A stretch of DNA of 63,133 nucleotides, filler included, from Octopus bimaculoides (taxonomy: Eukaryota): NCBI RefSeq assembly GCF_001194135.2. It is 4 parts of 4 records of this genome, joined end to end, with 100 filler letters (N's around TTAATTAATTAA, not from the genome) between each part and the next. Parts side by side here need not be neighbours in the genome. Positions count along the whole stretch, not along the records: positions 44,411 to 58,414 come from NC_068993.1; positions 58,515 to 63,133 come from NW_026331773.1; 2 more parts are not named here. One strand, 5' to 3'. The notes beneath the pieces were generated by a model. That model did not search any database, had not been told where the DNA came from, and was given only the letters and a program-made list of their open reading frames with translations. Shown in pieces: positions 51,491 through 63,133 of this stretch; the first letter of the stretch is position 1; each line of letters begins with the position of its first letter. A program made the translations under genes and the position numbers.

Positions 51491-51971
51491 CAGCGTCTGC
51501 TGTTCTAGTCGATATTTTGATACTGTGACATCTGCTCCTCAGAGATATGTGTTTTTGTTTGAATGTTGCACACCCACATTCTTGTGGCTAGTAGCATATG
51601 ATGTATCCAGCCAATTTCCCAGTGAACTGAGATTTTCAGATCAGGTGATGGATGGCCATTCACTTAACAGATATTGATAGAACCCTTTAGAAAATTTTAC
51701 GTGAACGTCGCTGTTATTATTTAGCTTCTCATAAATTTGCGGTTTTCTGCCACAATAATCAATAATATTATTAAATTATTTTTACTGATATAATTCGAAA
51801 ATTTAAACCAAACAACCCCAGCCAAAGAAATAAAAAGTATATATATACATATATATATATAAACAAAATAAAAACAGAAAAAAATACGTTGTAAAGTAAA
51901 TTTCATTTTTATAAGAAGCGAAATACCTCTCTCTAGCCTGCAGTGAATTTCTAGTTTGATATTTAACAATT

Positions 51972-52003
<32 letters not shown>

Positions 52004-52616
52004 GCTGTTGTTGTTGTTATTATTATTATGTATGTGATTTTCAGACTTTACATGTATTCAGCCTGAAGCTAGAATCAATGAGAACCAGTAACTTCCTACT
52101 TGAAGACAGTTCGATATTGACTTAACGCAACAGAAAATATGCCTATAACATATCAAGCAGTAATATCGTTTTACATATGAATTCACGCTATCCATTCTAT
52201 AAATATAACTGATATAACAAGCCACGCACGCACGCACGCACACAGACACACACATGTATGTATATGTATGTGCATATATGAATATATGTGTATATATGAA
52301 TATATGTGTATATATATATATATACATATGTATATCTGTCTACCTTTTTGTATTTATCTCTGTATTAGTCTATATATCTAGATGAGTAGATAGATAGATA
52401 GATAAATAGATAAATAGATAGATAGATAGATACACAGATAGATAGATAGAGAGGGAGAGAGAGAAAGAGAGAGAGATGTATAACTGTGCGTGTGTAAATA
52501 TAATCACATATTAAGTTGGTTACTTTTGACTATATTTTACATCTTATTCTTCCAAATCTTCTTTCGTTCTCATAATACTACTATAACTGCTGTTATTGTT
52601 GCTGCTGCTGCTGCTG

Positions 52617-52676
<60 letters not shown>

Positions 52677-52679
52677 TCG

Positions 52680-54420
52680 TATTTTTCAAATGCTTCAGGT
52701 AAGTTTCTTCTACATCACAAAGTACATCCGCATGTTCTTAGACGACTTTGTGCAACATTATCGTATGGAGGTACGAATTGTGCTTGTATCCTACCATTTT
52801 ATGTATCCCACATATTTCTCTCTCTCTCACTCTCGCGAATTTATTCGTACTTTACATGTGTTTGTCGCGATGGTGGTAGTGGTGGTGGGCATGGCTTAGA
52901 ATTAACGATTGATTGTTTACCAAAGCATTTGTGTCCAAGTCTTGTTCTGTGTAACATTTCAATTAAAACTATCGGTATTAGTGCTAGTCCTCTTCAAAAA
53001 TTCTTCTAATACAGACATAGTCTTTGTATACTTTTATTTCTGGAGCTACCTTACTCATGGGTGCTGTTTCTAAGATCTTCCTGAGAGGTTTCAAGTCAAA
53101 AGGGTTTCTGTAGTCGTTCTATATCATACTCAGCTCCTTCTTTCTCTTCTTTCAGTTTTCGTTTGTAAATTTCTTGACCAATGATTGCTCTTTCCAACCT
53201 TATAAGCCTTTGCAACAACATCCCTTCTAATTTTTCTGGAAACAGGTCGTTCGTTCGTCCCATGTGTTTCTTTAGTCTACGATTTTATTGTTGTAAAAAT
53301 TTCTTTAGTTGCAGGATGGCTGGTTATGGGCTTGTAGATTTTAGTGCTTGCCGTTTCACTTCGTTTATGTTGTAAGTTGATTTTTCTTTCACTGAATCAG
53401 TCACGTCTTATCTGTAGGTCCTTAGGTGTCCCTGTTAGATATTTTAAACTGACGTTTGGAATCTTACTAGATTCTGGAGTTTCTTTCCTTTCCTATATTT
53501 TATACAATGTTTAGATTCAGATGTTATGTTCGTAGTATTTTAACAATATTTTCAGTGTTGATTTCTTTGCTACACATATTCCTCTCCAAAACTTTTCTAT
53601 TTCTCTTACAGTTGAAGTTGCATTGATTTCTATTTCAGTTTTATCAGCTTCTTGATAAAATCATTGTAGATTAGAATCGAAGTGTTTTCTTCAATGAATC
53701 ATTCTCGTTTTCCATAAGGACAGGTTCTGGCAGATTATTTCTGATTTGGAGAGACTCTTTTGTTTCAGGCGATCTTTGATTTCGGATATACCCTACTTCT
53801 AAGTCACGTTTTCCTACTATTGGTATCTCTTCTGTTTTTTTTTTCTTTTAGTTTCATTATTCTATTATTGACACCATGAACGATTGCGACACCATTCCTA
53901 GTATTTTCCTTCTTTGTCTTTCTACATTCGTCATACAAAATGATGATTGGATTTTCATATTCACATAAGACTAGGTCGCAAAAATACCTACTTTCTTTTA
54001 TAACTGCAGAGGCCACTCTATACACTATTTCTTGTAGACTGATGATATCAATGTTTGTGCTTCTTTCAGTTTCATTTTTGATCGCAAAACTCACAAATGT
54101 TGTTGCTAGTTTATAATTGAGTTTCATCTTGGGAGTAAATTTCGTTGTCCAGAGCAAGAGCTACTGTTTGTGATTCTTCAATCATATCTAACTTTCGGCT
54201 ACCTTGGTCACAATTTTTTTTCACTTATGGAATTTCCTATTCTTAAATCTCCCTCTCAAATCTCCCTTTTCTTTATAATTGTTCGCATTGTTTTTATGAT
54301 AATCTGTATTCTGCAGTTGTTCGAAGATTTGTACCATTTCCGTACTACAAACCCTAAATGTTCTTTTAGTGTTGTTTACAACTCCTTGATCATTCATTGT
54401 TAATTGAAAAAACATATTTT
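52680..54420 (-). mobile_element. Degenerate LINE with apurinic-type endonuclease remnant, clade uncertain
   Basis: KLNYKLATT...NIDIISLQE...GVAIVHGVNNRI...; heavily frameshifted; adjoins a (GTA)n/(CAG)n run at 52590-52677. Confidence 0.6.
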
Positions 54421-55142
54421 CTTTTAAAGGAATTTCAGTTGCATATATTTCGTATATATATTTGTCTACGTTTTATAAATTCATATATTTTATATATGTT
54501 TTCCTTTTTGACCTAACTGCACAGTTCATACTTTCAGATCGGGGTACTTATATAAAAAGTATACGAATATATAGAAATTATACGAACATATTGTATTTTC
54601 GTTTTTTTTTTTATATATGGTGTTGCTATAAAATATAGATGTAGAATAAAAACATATTTCTCTCGTATATATTTTTTCGATTTTACTGTCTTAAGTACAA
54701 AGCTATAGAATTACACTGGATATAGATAGTTATCGTCTTTGTCGCTTACCTGAATTTTGCAAGTGTGATTTGTCGGACGTCTTGTGTAAAGTGTCAAACT
54801 AACATACGCCACTTTTAATAATGATATATAGGATGCGTCACATAGTGTGACATTTTGCATACGTATTACAATATTATAAAGAGCATTGATATGCCTTACC
54901 TTTGAATTGCATCTCAATATTCTGTGCTATTACATACACACATACACACAAACAAACACACACACATCTATGTATATATATGCCACCAACGAATATCTCA
55001 AAACAAAAGACTATTAATTATCATCATACCATAATGAGCTTACCAATGAAGACAAACGATCAATATCAATAAACGCAATCACCAGAAAAGATGAACACTT
55101 AAACATGGTCGACCTTACGAGGATGAAAGAGAATTTTATATA

Positions 55143-55339
55143 CTAGAAGAGGCACCCGGCGTTGCCCAGGAATAACATTTTTTCCTTACATATTGGAAAA
55201 TAAAAAAGCAAAATATGTTGTATAGAAATTTGTTTTTCTAAATTCAATTTATTCTTCAATTGGGAAATCAATTCTGAATTCATAATACACAATAATAATA
55301 ATAATAATAACAACAACAACAATAATAATAATAATAATA

Positions 55340-55389
<50 letters not shown>

Positions 55390-55745
55390 CGAAAATACAG
55401 AATTTACCAATTTTATGAAAGGAGATAAACTTTACCACATATGTTGAAAGAAATTATCTAAGAGCTTCTGGGTAAACAACATTCTTTGTTTTCTGGTTTG
55501 GAGCATAGATAAATAAGTCTTGCAATCTACCTACCCTGGAGCAACCAGCATACGGTTGACCACGAGAAAAGCAAGCCAGTAGTTTTCGCACTGGGAATTG
55601 TGTTCGTTTGAACTCAAAGGGCATGTCTGTTGGTTTGATTGAAATTCTTGGAATGAATACCTCTTCCCCAGAAGTACATCCAGATGTTTTGTTGTCCCTT
55701 TCGTGTATCACCTGTCTGTATGCTTTGCGTTCTTGTCCCATTTTG
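55143..55745 (-). mobile_element. Helitron 3' fragment: C-terminus of the PIF1-like helicase (55454-55741) and the 3' terminus
   Basis: GEEVFIPRISIKPTDMPFEFKRTQFPVR..CFSRGQPYAGCSRVG..DLFIYAPNQKTKNVVYPEAL*; terminus cctgggcaacgccgggtgcctcttCTAG|t at 55170-55143. Confidence 0.93.
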
Positions 55746-56108
55746 TATTATATATATATATATATATATATATANNNNNNNNNNNNNNNNNNNNNNNNNN
55801 NNNNNNNNNNNNNNNNNNNNNNNNNNNNNNNNNNNNNNNNNNNNNNNNNNNNNNNNNNNNNNNNNNNNNNNNNNNNNNNNNNNNNNNNNNNNNNNNNNNN
55901 NNNNNNNNNNNNNNNNNNNNNNNNNNNNNNNNNNNNNNNNNNNNNNNNNNNNNNNNNNNNNNNNNNNNNNNNNNNNNNNNNNNNNNNNNNNNNNNNNNNN
56001 NNNNNNNNNNNNNNNNNNNNNNNNNNNNNNNNNNNNNNNNNNNNNNNNNNNNNNNNNNNNNNNNNNNNNNNNNNNNNNNNNNNNNNNNNNNNNNNNNNNN
56101 NNNNNNNN

Positions 56109-56154
<46 letters not shown>

Positions 56155-56156
<2 letters not shown>

Positions 56157-56318
56157 GACAGGCTTCTTTCAGTTTCCATCTACCAGATCCACTTACAAGA
56201 CTTTCGTCGATCCGAGGCAATAATGTAACATACTTGCTCAAGGTGTCATGCAGTGGAACTGAACTCGGAACTATGTGGTTGGGAAGCAAGCTTCTTATTA
56301 CACAGCCACGACTGCGCC
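56155..56318 (-). mobile_element. SINE family A, 5' half
   Basis: acgacaggcttctttcagtttcc...cacagccacgactgcgcc. Confidence 0.88.
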
Positions 56319-57111
56319 TATTGGCGCAATATTTCCACTACGTCAGCACCTGTTTATTGTTACAAATACAAAGATCAAATAACAACCAATAACTATTTAC
56401 ATACCTAATACTACGCAGCACAGAATAAAAAAGAAGTTAGAGATAAAGTATAGTAAACAGTAAATATCATCAACATAATGATTACCAGCTCAAGAGCTAC
56501 AAACCTTGAGAGCCATAGTAAATCTCAACGAATTATGAATTAATCATATTGAACAAAATTTATTGAACATAGTCGAAAAATAAACGTACCAATAAATAAA
56601 TCGGAAAATAATGCTAACCTAAGAAATAATATACGTAGAACGGTGATTAGTTACAGAGATACACCTATAGACATTGTTACCCAAGAGGCTATAACGTATT
56701 TAAAATGGCGAAAACGTAATTACAACGAGTGATACGTAAACTAGCAGAGTAACATATTACTTTAACTATCAAGCATAGCCATCTTAAATCAATGCGGCAT
56801 GGGAATAAACTAGTGTAGACCAAACTATATTAAATATAAACCTTAATTATCGAAATATACTTTTAAACAAATTTTTAACATATAAATATATAAAATTTGT
56901 GAAAAATATCTGTTACATACTTACAAAGCAAAAAAAATTAAAATTAACGAAATATAAATCAATGGAATAACGTAACACTGCAGCGATCACGTATTAACCA
57001 CCTACGATTTTTGAATAAATCAAATGACCACGTACTAAATATAATATATAAACTAAAATTTTCGCTTAAAATTTATAAAAAATAAACGCGTTCGATAGTG
57101 TATGTGTTCCC

Positions 57112-57642
57112 TAGCTGGATGGGACGCTAGTCCATCGCAGGGTTACTCATTTTTGCCAGCTGAGTGAACTGGAGCAACGTAAAATGGAGTGTTTTGCTCA
57201 AGAACACAACGCGTTGCCCGGTGCAGGAATCGAAACCACAATCTTACGATCATGATGCTGACACCCTAACCACTAAGCCACGCGCCTCCATGCTTAAAAA
57301 TTATATATAATCCCCAAAAAACGAGAGCACTCCGTCGGTTACGACGTCGAGGGTTCCACTTGATCTGAACAATACAACTGGTTGCTCGTGAAATTAACGT
57401 GCAAGTGGCTGAGCACTCCACAGAAACCTGTACCTTTAAGGTAGTTCTCAGGGAGATGCAACGTGATACAGAGTGTGACAGGGTTGGCCATTTGAAATAC
57501 AGGTACTACTCATTTTTAGCAGCCGAGTGGACTGCAGTAACGTGGAAATAAAAGTGTCTTGCTGAAGGACACAATGGGACGCTGGGAACTGAACTCACGA
57601 CCGTGAGCCGAATATCACAACAAGTAAGCCACGCGCCTTCAC
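57112..57642 (-). mobile_element. Two family D tRNA-derived SINEs (about 57112-57290 and 57320-57642)
   Basis: Heads ggaggcgcgtggcttagtggttagggtgtcagc...ggtttcgattcc and gaaggcgcgtggctt..gttg..at.ttcgg..gagttcagttccc; gtgttcttgagcaa motif shared with 60773. Confidence 0.82.
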
Positions 57643-57660
57643 ATATATAANNNNNNNNNN

Positions 57661-58262
57661 CTTACCAACCAGAAATTGCTCCAATTTTTTTTCAAAATTT
57701 CAGGAAGTATTCCCAGGCAATAGTTGTACACACTATCACACATTTACACACACGCACACATACGTCCGTGTTATGTTATTCCGCGTGTGTGCGTATGTGT
57801 ATGTGTGTGTGTGTTTGTGTGTGTGTCTGTGTGCGTGTGCGCGCATTTATACACCTATATATTATACATATAGCANNNNNNNNNNCGAAAGCAAAGACTT
57901 AACTCTTCACTTAAACTCTGCTCGTCGCCTAAAAAAACCATTTGTAATCTATCAACCTACCAATTGTAAAACGACGACTTGGCATTCAAAGCTGATTAAA
58001 TCTAATCATTCTGCATATCTACAGGGGTGAAGGTGGGGGAATTTCTACTTACCAACCAGAAATTGCTCCAATTTTTTTTCAAAATTTCAGGAAGTATTCC
58101 CAGGCAATAGTTGTACACACTATCACACATTTACACACACGCACACATACGTCCGTGTTATGTTATTCCGCGTGTGTGCGTATGTGTATGTGTGTGTGTG
58201 TTTGTGTGTGTGTCTGTGTGCGTGTGCGCGCATTTATACACCTATATATTATACATATAGCA
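57661..58262. repeat. Identical 215-bp direct repeat (57661-57875 = 58048-58262), the first copy bounded by 10-N gaps; probable assembly artefact
   Basis: Identical even across the TG microsatellite. Confidence 0.85.
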
Positions 58263-58334
58263 TTACTATTATACATACAGATTTTATTAATTCATACAAA
58301 GATTGATAGACATACTCACATATATGCATATATG

Positions 58335-58369
<35 letters not shown>

Positions 58370-58374
58370 GTAGG

Positions 58375-58414
<40 letters not shown>

Positions 58415-58514
58415 NNNNNNNNNNNNNNNNNNNNNNNNNNNNNNNNNNNNNNNNNNNNTTAATTAATTAANNNNNNNNNNNNNNNNNNNNNNNNNNNNNN
58501 NNNNNNNNNNNNNN
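58415..58514. other. Artificial scaffold linker N44-TTAATTAATTAA-N44
   Basis: Identical to the other two linkers. Confidence 0.97.
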
Positions 58515-58553
<39 letters not shown>

Positions 58554-58654
58554 AATGAGTATGTGTGAGTATGAATACATATTCTTTTATTCTTTCTCGT
58601 ATTTCACTCATTTCACTGCGACCATGCTAGAGCACCTCCTTCAGGGTATTATAT

Positions 58655-59050
58655 CGTGTGGTCGATGTGCACCTCTAATCACGAACAGAAGTAGTGGGGG
58701 GTGGGGGAGCATAATACCCATGTGTTGAGAGGACTTCTTTGGAGCTTGGATAATTCACCTCTGGAAACATGAGTGTTTCATTCAACATCCTTAAGCAACC
58801 CCTATTCAGGGACATTTTGAGCGGGATGGGCAACTCAACCTGGAGAAAATTCTAACTGGGCCCAACTGCAAGGTCATGCACTGTTTATCTTGATATGAAG
58901 TCGCCATGTGGCGCACATATGGTTGTGATGCATGTGCCTGGTGTACCCTTATCAGACGGGTAGTCATGGTGGATATACTGGACTTCGTATATTTTACCCC
59001 TGTGTCACTTTGATGGCATGCACTGCTCTCTCACTCAATAATAATAATAA
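58655..59050 (+). mobile_element. Probable retroposon 3' fragment ending in (TAA)n
   Basis: Non-coding GC-moderate block ending ...ctctctcactcaataataataataa; resembles an abundant octopus repeat from memory only. Confidence 0.45.
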
Positions 59051-59093
59051 TGATACTATTATTACATACGAACATACATACATACACACACAC

Positions 59094-59124
<31 letters not shown>

Positions 59125-59273
59125 AATATATACACACATATGTGTGTGGGTGTGTGGGTGAGTTTGTGTGTGCATGTGTGTATGTGTATGTGTATATGGA
59201 TGCATACATATGTATATATATATATAATATATTTATAATAAGCGTGTGCATATGTTTGAGTCAACAGAGCGAA

Positions 59274-59311
<38 letters not shown>

Positions 59312-59803
59312 GCGATATGGCCGAATGGTAAGAAGAAGAAGAAAAAGAAGAAGGAGGAGGAGGTGGTAAAATGACTGGATGTTAAAGTTTGAAAGCTAAA
59401 CAGTAATAAAAAAAAAGCAAGTAAACGCTGAATAAAAACTGAAAAGAAAAGTGGTGAAGGTTGGAGAAGGAAATAAAGATGAGCGGATATAAATTTTTTT
59501 AATTATCCTTTAGTTGTAGTAGTAGTAGCAGCAGAAGCAGTAGTAACAGAAGTAGTAGTGGCAGTAGCAGCAGTAGTGCTGGTAACAGTTACTGTGGACA
59601 CGACCATCCGTGCTGCGTTTTTTAATTATTATTAATTATAGATAGTAGTTAGTTATCAAGTGAATTGTCAGACAATTACCTGTACTGCGTCACTCTTTGA
59701 AGCAGCGGCACCTTAGCCGCTTGAGAGGTCAATGCTACCTGGGTACACACACGCACGCATAGGCTTATACATACATGCATAGACACATACATACATACAT
59801 ACA

Positions 59804-59846
<43 letters not shown>

Positions 59847-59871
59847 GCATATACTCATTTATTATTTGTAT

Positions 59872-59924
<53 letters not shown>

Positions 59925-60772
59925 CACATATATATACGTACACACAGTGGCCTCGGTATACACATACACGCACGCGCTCACATTTACGCGCGCGCACACA
60001 CACACACACACACAAGCATGCACACAGACATACACACTCATATACATGCATACATTCCACATCCATTTGGAATTATCTCCGTGGAAACTTCAACGTAGAT
60101 CCCTACATGTTGACTTAGATTCAGTGCCAACCTGTCATATTATCTCGAGATTAGCTGACACCAACCAATTAAGGAGCAACGTCTTCCAAATCGCTAAAAC
60201 TACAAGAAATAGAAGCTAAATCTCGCTCAAAACCACGCTAAACCGTCTTTGGAAGAAATAATAAATTGGGTATTGGCACCGAATTCGAGAAAGAAAGCCT
60301 TGAAGAAAAAAACCTACCAGTGATGGTAACGATACATCCTTCAAAACAACGCCCTTCCATCGTAGGGTCTTTGGTACCCTTCAACCCTCCCATACAAAAA
60401 AAAAAAAAAAAAAAATCCCCTTGATCACAAAGGAAATGTCAGTTCAGGAATGAAATAAACAGCACTCCTTACACCACGCATTACACAACCTGTTCAGGCT
60501 TTATTGGGTATCCTCAGTTATTAGGTCATCACTTAGAAAGAGTCTCTCCGTGGTCGTACCATTTGCTTGTAAAATCAGCTAAATCGCGGACGAATCGCGC
60601 CCAACCATAATGTATAAGAATAAGACACAATTTTTAATGGGTTTGTCTGAGATGGAAGGGTAGGTCTCTTGACTATTTTTAGGGGTCTCAAAGGCTGGTG
60701 GGCGGAACGGAGGGAGGAGGTTATCTACAGATGAGAAATATGAACTGAATGCAGACAATTGTTTGGATAACT

Positions 60773-61350
60773 GAAGGCGTATGGCTCAGTGGGTAGAGTG
60801 TCGGGTTCACAATTATGAGGTAGTGAGTTCGATTCCCGGACCGGGCTGTGTGTTGTGTTCTTGAGCAAGACACTTTATTCCACGTTGTTCCAGTTCATTC
60901 AGCTGTAGAAATGAGTTGCGACAAGTTGTGGAACTTCCCTTGGATAACATCAGTGGCATGGAGCAGGGAGGCTGGTATGCAATGATGACTGTTGGTCTTC
61001 CATAAACAACCTTGCCCGGACTTGTGCCTCTGAGGGGTTTAAAATTATGAGGCAATGAGTTCGAATCCCGGACCGGGCTATGTGTTGTGTTCTTGAGCAA
61101 GACACTTTATTTCACGTTGTTTCAGTTCATTCAGCTGCAGAAATTAAATGAGATGAGTTGCGACAAGCTGTATCGGCCCCTTGGCCTTTTCCTTGGATAA
61201 CATCAGTGGCATGGAGCAGGAAGGCTGGTATGCAAGGATGACTGTTGGACTTCCATAAACAACCTTACCTGGACTTGTGCCTCTGAGGGGAACTTCCTAG
61301 GTGCAATCCCGTAGTCATTCATTATCGAAGGAGGTCTTTACTTTACTTTT
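60773..61350 (+). mobile_element. Family D tRNA-derived SINE with an internal tandem duplication (about 60811-61036 and 61043-61289)
   Basis: A box TGGCTCAGTGGGTAG and B box GAGTTCGATTCCC; the second unit repeats the B box, tgtgttcttgagcaagacact and ccttggataacatcagtggcatggagc. Confidence 0.88.
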
Positions 61351-61523
61351 ACATTAAAGACAAAGAAAAGTCAGGGGTTAGTGCTAGATAATGTAGACTC
61401 ACATACAATTAGAAGACGAATAGTGATGGGCAGAATGCTTACGATTCTATGTCTTTTTGAATCATGATTGACTTGGGGTTCAACAACAACAACAACCATC
61501 GATATATTTGCAAGTGAATCGCT

Positions 61524-62037
61524 GTGGCTGTGTGGTAAGTAGCTTGCTTACCAACCACATGGTTCCGGGTTCAGTCCCACTGCGTGGCACCTTGGGCAAG
61601 TGTCTTCTACTGTAGCCTCGGGCCGACCAAAGTGTTGTGAGTGGATTTGGTAGACGGAAACTGAAAGCAGTCCGTCNNNNNNNNNNNNNNNNNNNNNNNN
61701 NNNNNNNNNNNNNNNNNNNNNNNNNNNNNNNNNNNNNNNNNNNNNNNNNNNNNNNNNNNNNNNNNNNNNNNNNNNNNNNNNNNNNNNNNNNNNNNNNNNN
61801 NNNNNNNNNNNNNNNNNNNNNNNNNNNNNNNNNNNNNNNNNNNNNNNNNNNNNNNNNNNNNNNNNNNNNNNNGCTGGTGTGTTTATGTCCCCGTAACTTA
61901 GCGGTTTAGCAAAAGAGACAGATAGAATAAGTACTAGGCTTCCAAAGAATAAGTCCTAGGGTCGATTTGCTCGACTAAAGGCGGTGCTCCAGCATGGCCG
62001 CAGTCAAATGACTGAAACAAGTAAAAGAGTAAAAGAG
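61524..62037 (+). mobile_element. SINE family A, near full length with a gap
   Basis: gtggctgtgtggtaagtagcttgc...gactgaaacaagtaaaagagtaaaag. Confidence 0.92.
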
Positions 62038-62299
62038 AGAGAGAGAGAGTATATTAAATCATGCACTTTTGTTGACATAAACTAAGGTATATATTTAACA
62101 AAATTTAATTAGTGAGACAGGCGACCTTCATAGCATATTTATATGAAATAAGTGACCCTCATAACATATTTATAGAGTAATGTGAAAACATATTTAATTA
62201 TTGAAACATTTAAAACGAAACTGAATCATATTTAGACACAGAGTTAAAAAAATATCAGTAGGATAACCAATATCAATTTTCATAGTGAAATAGCGAAAG

Positions 62300-62365
62300 A
62301 GAACAAACCGGAAGTCGTTGCGTTTTGTCTTCATTGGACACCGTGGCGGAAGTGTCGCCAATCCG
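62300..62365. promoter_or_regulatory. ETS/CCAAT motif cluster, candidate promoter of a neighbouring gene
   Basis: ACCGGAAGT 62307-15, ATTGG 62333-37, GCGGAAGTG 62346-54 and CCAAT 62358-62 within 56 bp; further ACGGAAGT at 62687 and 62891. Confidence 0.5.
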
Positions 62366-63094
62366 TTACTAATGTAAACACACTAATTCCTACAGTTTTG
62401 TTAACCTTTGACAAAATAAACTGTACGGTTGCGTAGGTGAGCACATATTTAATGATTAAAACATTGGAAAGGCAATTATGTTAAAGAGATAAGGAAAAAA
62501 GCTAAAAAAAAATTTTTAAATAGAGGGACCCATATGTGGTAGTCCAACCAGCTAGAAATAAGTTATTACCAAAAAGAAAAAAGAAACATCGGGCAATGTT
62601 CAATCTAATATAAAGAAAATGATAGAATGGACACAGCCGGATCATCCTTGATCTGCAATGTCGTCTGGCGCTCACTGCCCTCAACAACGGAAGTCTGGGT
62701 TAGTGTCCCTTTAGCTATACACAGAGGATTTGGTAGGTAAGAGTGATGACATGCTCGGATAAATTTCAGGCGTCGACGAAAAGTGTTTCGGAGGACTTTA
62801 TAATTGGAGACTACTAGGGATAATGTCCAGAAATCTATAACCAAACTGTGTCATCACGGAGCGCTATCGGTCAAGATAAACTCGAGACTTACGGAAGTCC
62901 GGCTAGGAGAGAACGTCCGAGATTGCATAGGAGAGTACGAAGAAGTGAGTGAGGGAGTGAGTGAATGAACGAGAGGAGGGGGTTAGGGAAGAGAAAGAAG
63001 GAGGAGACAAACTATCCAAGAAAAATTGAGCAAGATAGACAAATGAGAGTAGCAGGCAGAAGTAATGAAGAAAAGGAACAGAATAGAAGATATA

Positions 63095-63133
<39 letters not shown>

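Noticed and set aside
57661-58262. 215-bp direct repeat as a biological duplication
   Set aside because: Perfect identity through a microsatellite, with 10-N gaps on both sides, indicates a contig-overlap or haplotype artefact.
60773-60845. tRNA gene (A and B boxes present)
   Set aside because: No acceptor-stem closure; continues into a SINE body shared with other copies.

Overview
Animal genomic DNA, AT-rich and dense in microsatellites and transposons. The SINE families and Dong/R4 and RTE LINEs most resemble an octopus (coleoid cephalopod) draft assembly; this is inferred from recalled repeat families, not from a search. One protein-coding gene is clearly supported: a + strand CREB3L1/CREB3L2 (OASIS/BBF2H7, CrebA-family) membrane-tethered bZIP transcription factor. 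Eight GT-AG exons from 17844 to 33071 join in frame (1475 nt plus 1 nt from an upstream exon = 491 aa + stop). They encode a phosphodegron-like PPTPPS motif, the ATB-bZIP region, a TM helix and an RVLL S1P-like site. A candidate promoter and first exon lie at about 9.3-10.7 kb, and a probable long 3' UTR runs to about 37.9 kb. The rest is TE debris: tRNA-derived SINEs (three families), Dong/R4, RTE and other LINE fragments, a full-length decayed Tigger, three Tc1/mariner copies and two Helitron pieces. Three identical 100-bp N44-TTAATTAATTAA-N44 spacers are artificial scaffold joins. I found no convincing wholly new system. The best leads are a CpG-decay footprint over the gene body, inverted SINE pairs and a 61-nt hairpin as candidate ADAR/back-splicing substrates, an ATF4-like uORF layout in the putative leader, and a 151-bp templated insertion flanking the bZIP exons. 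Repeat boundaries are approximate; exon boundaries were read base by base.
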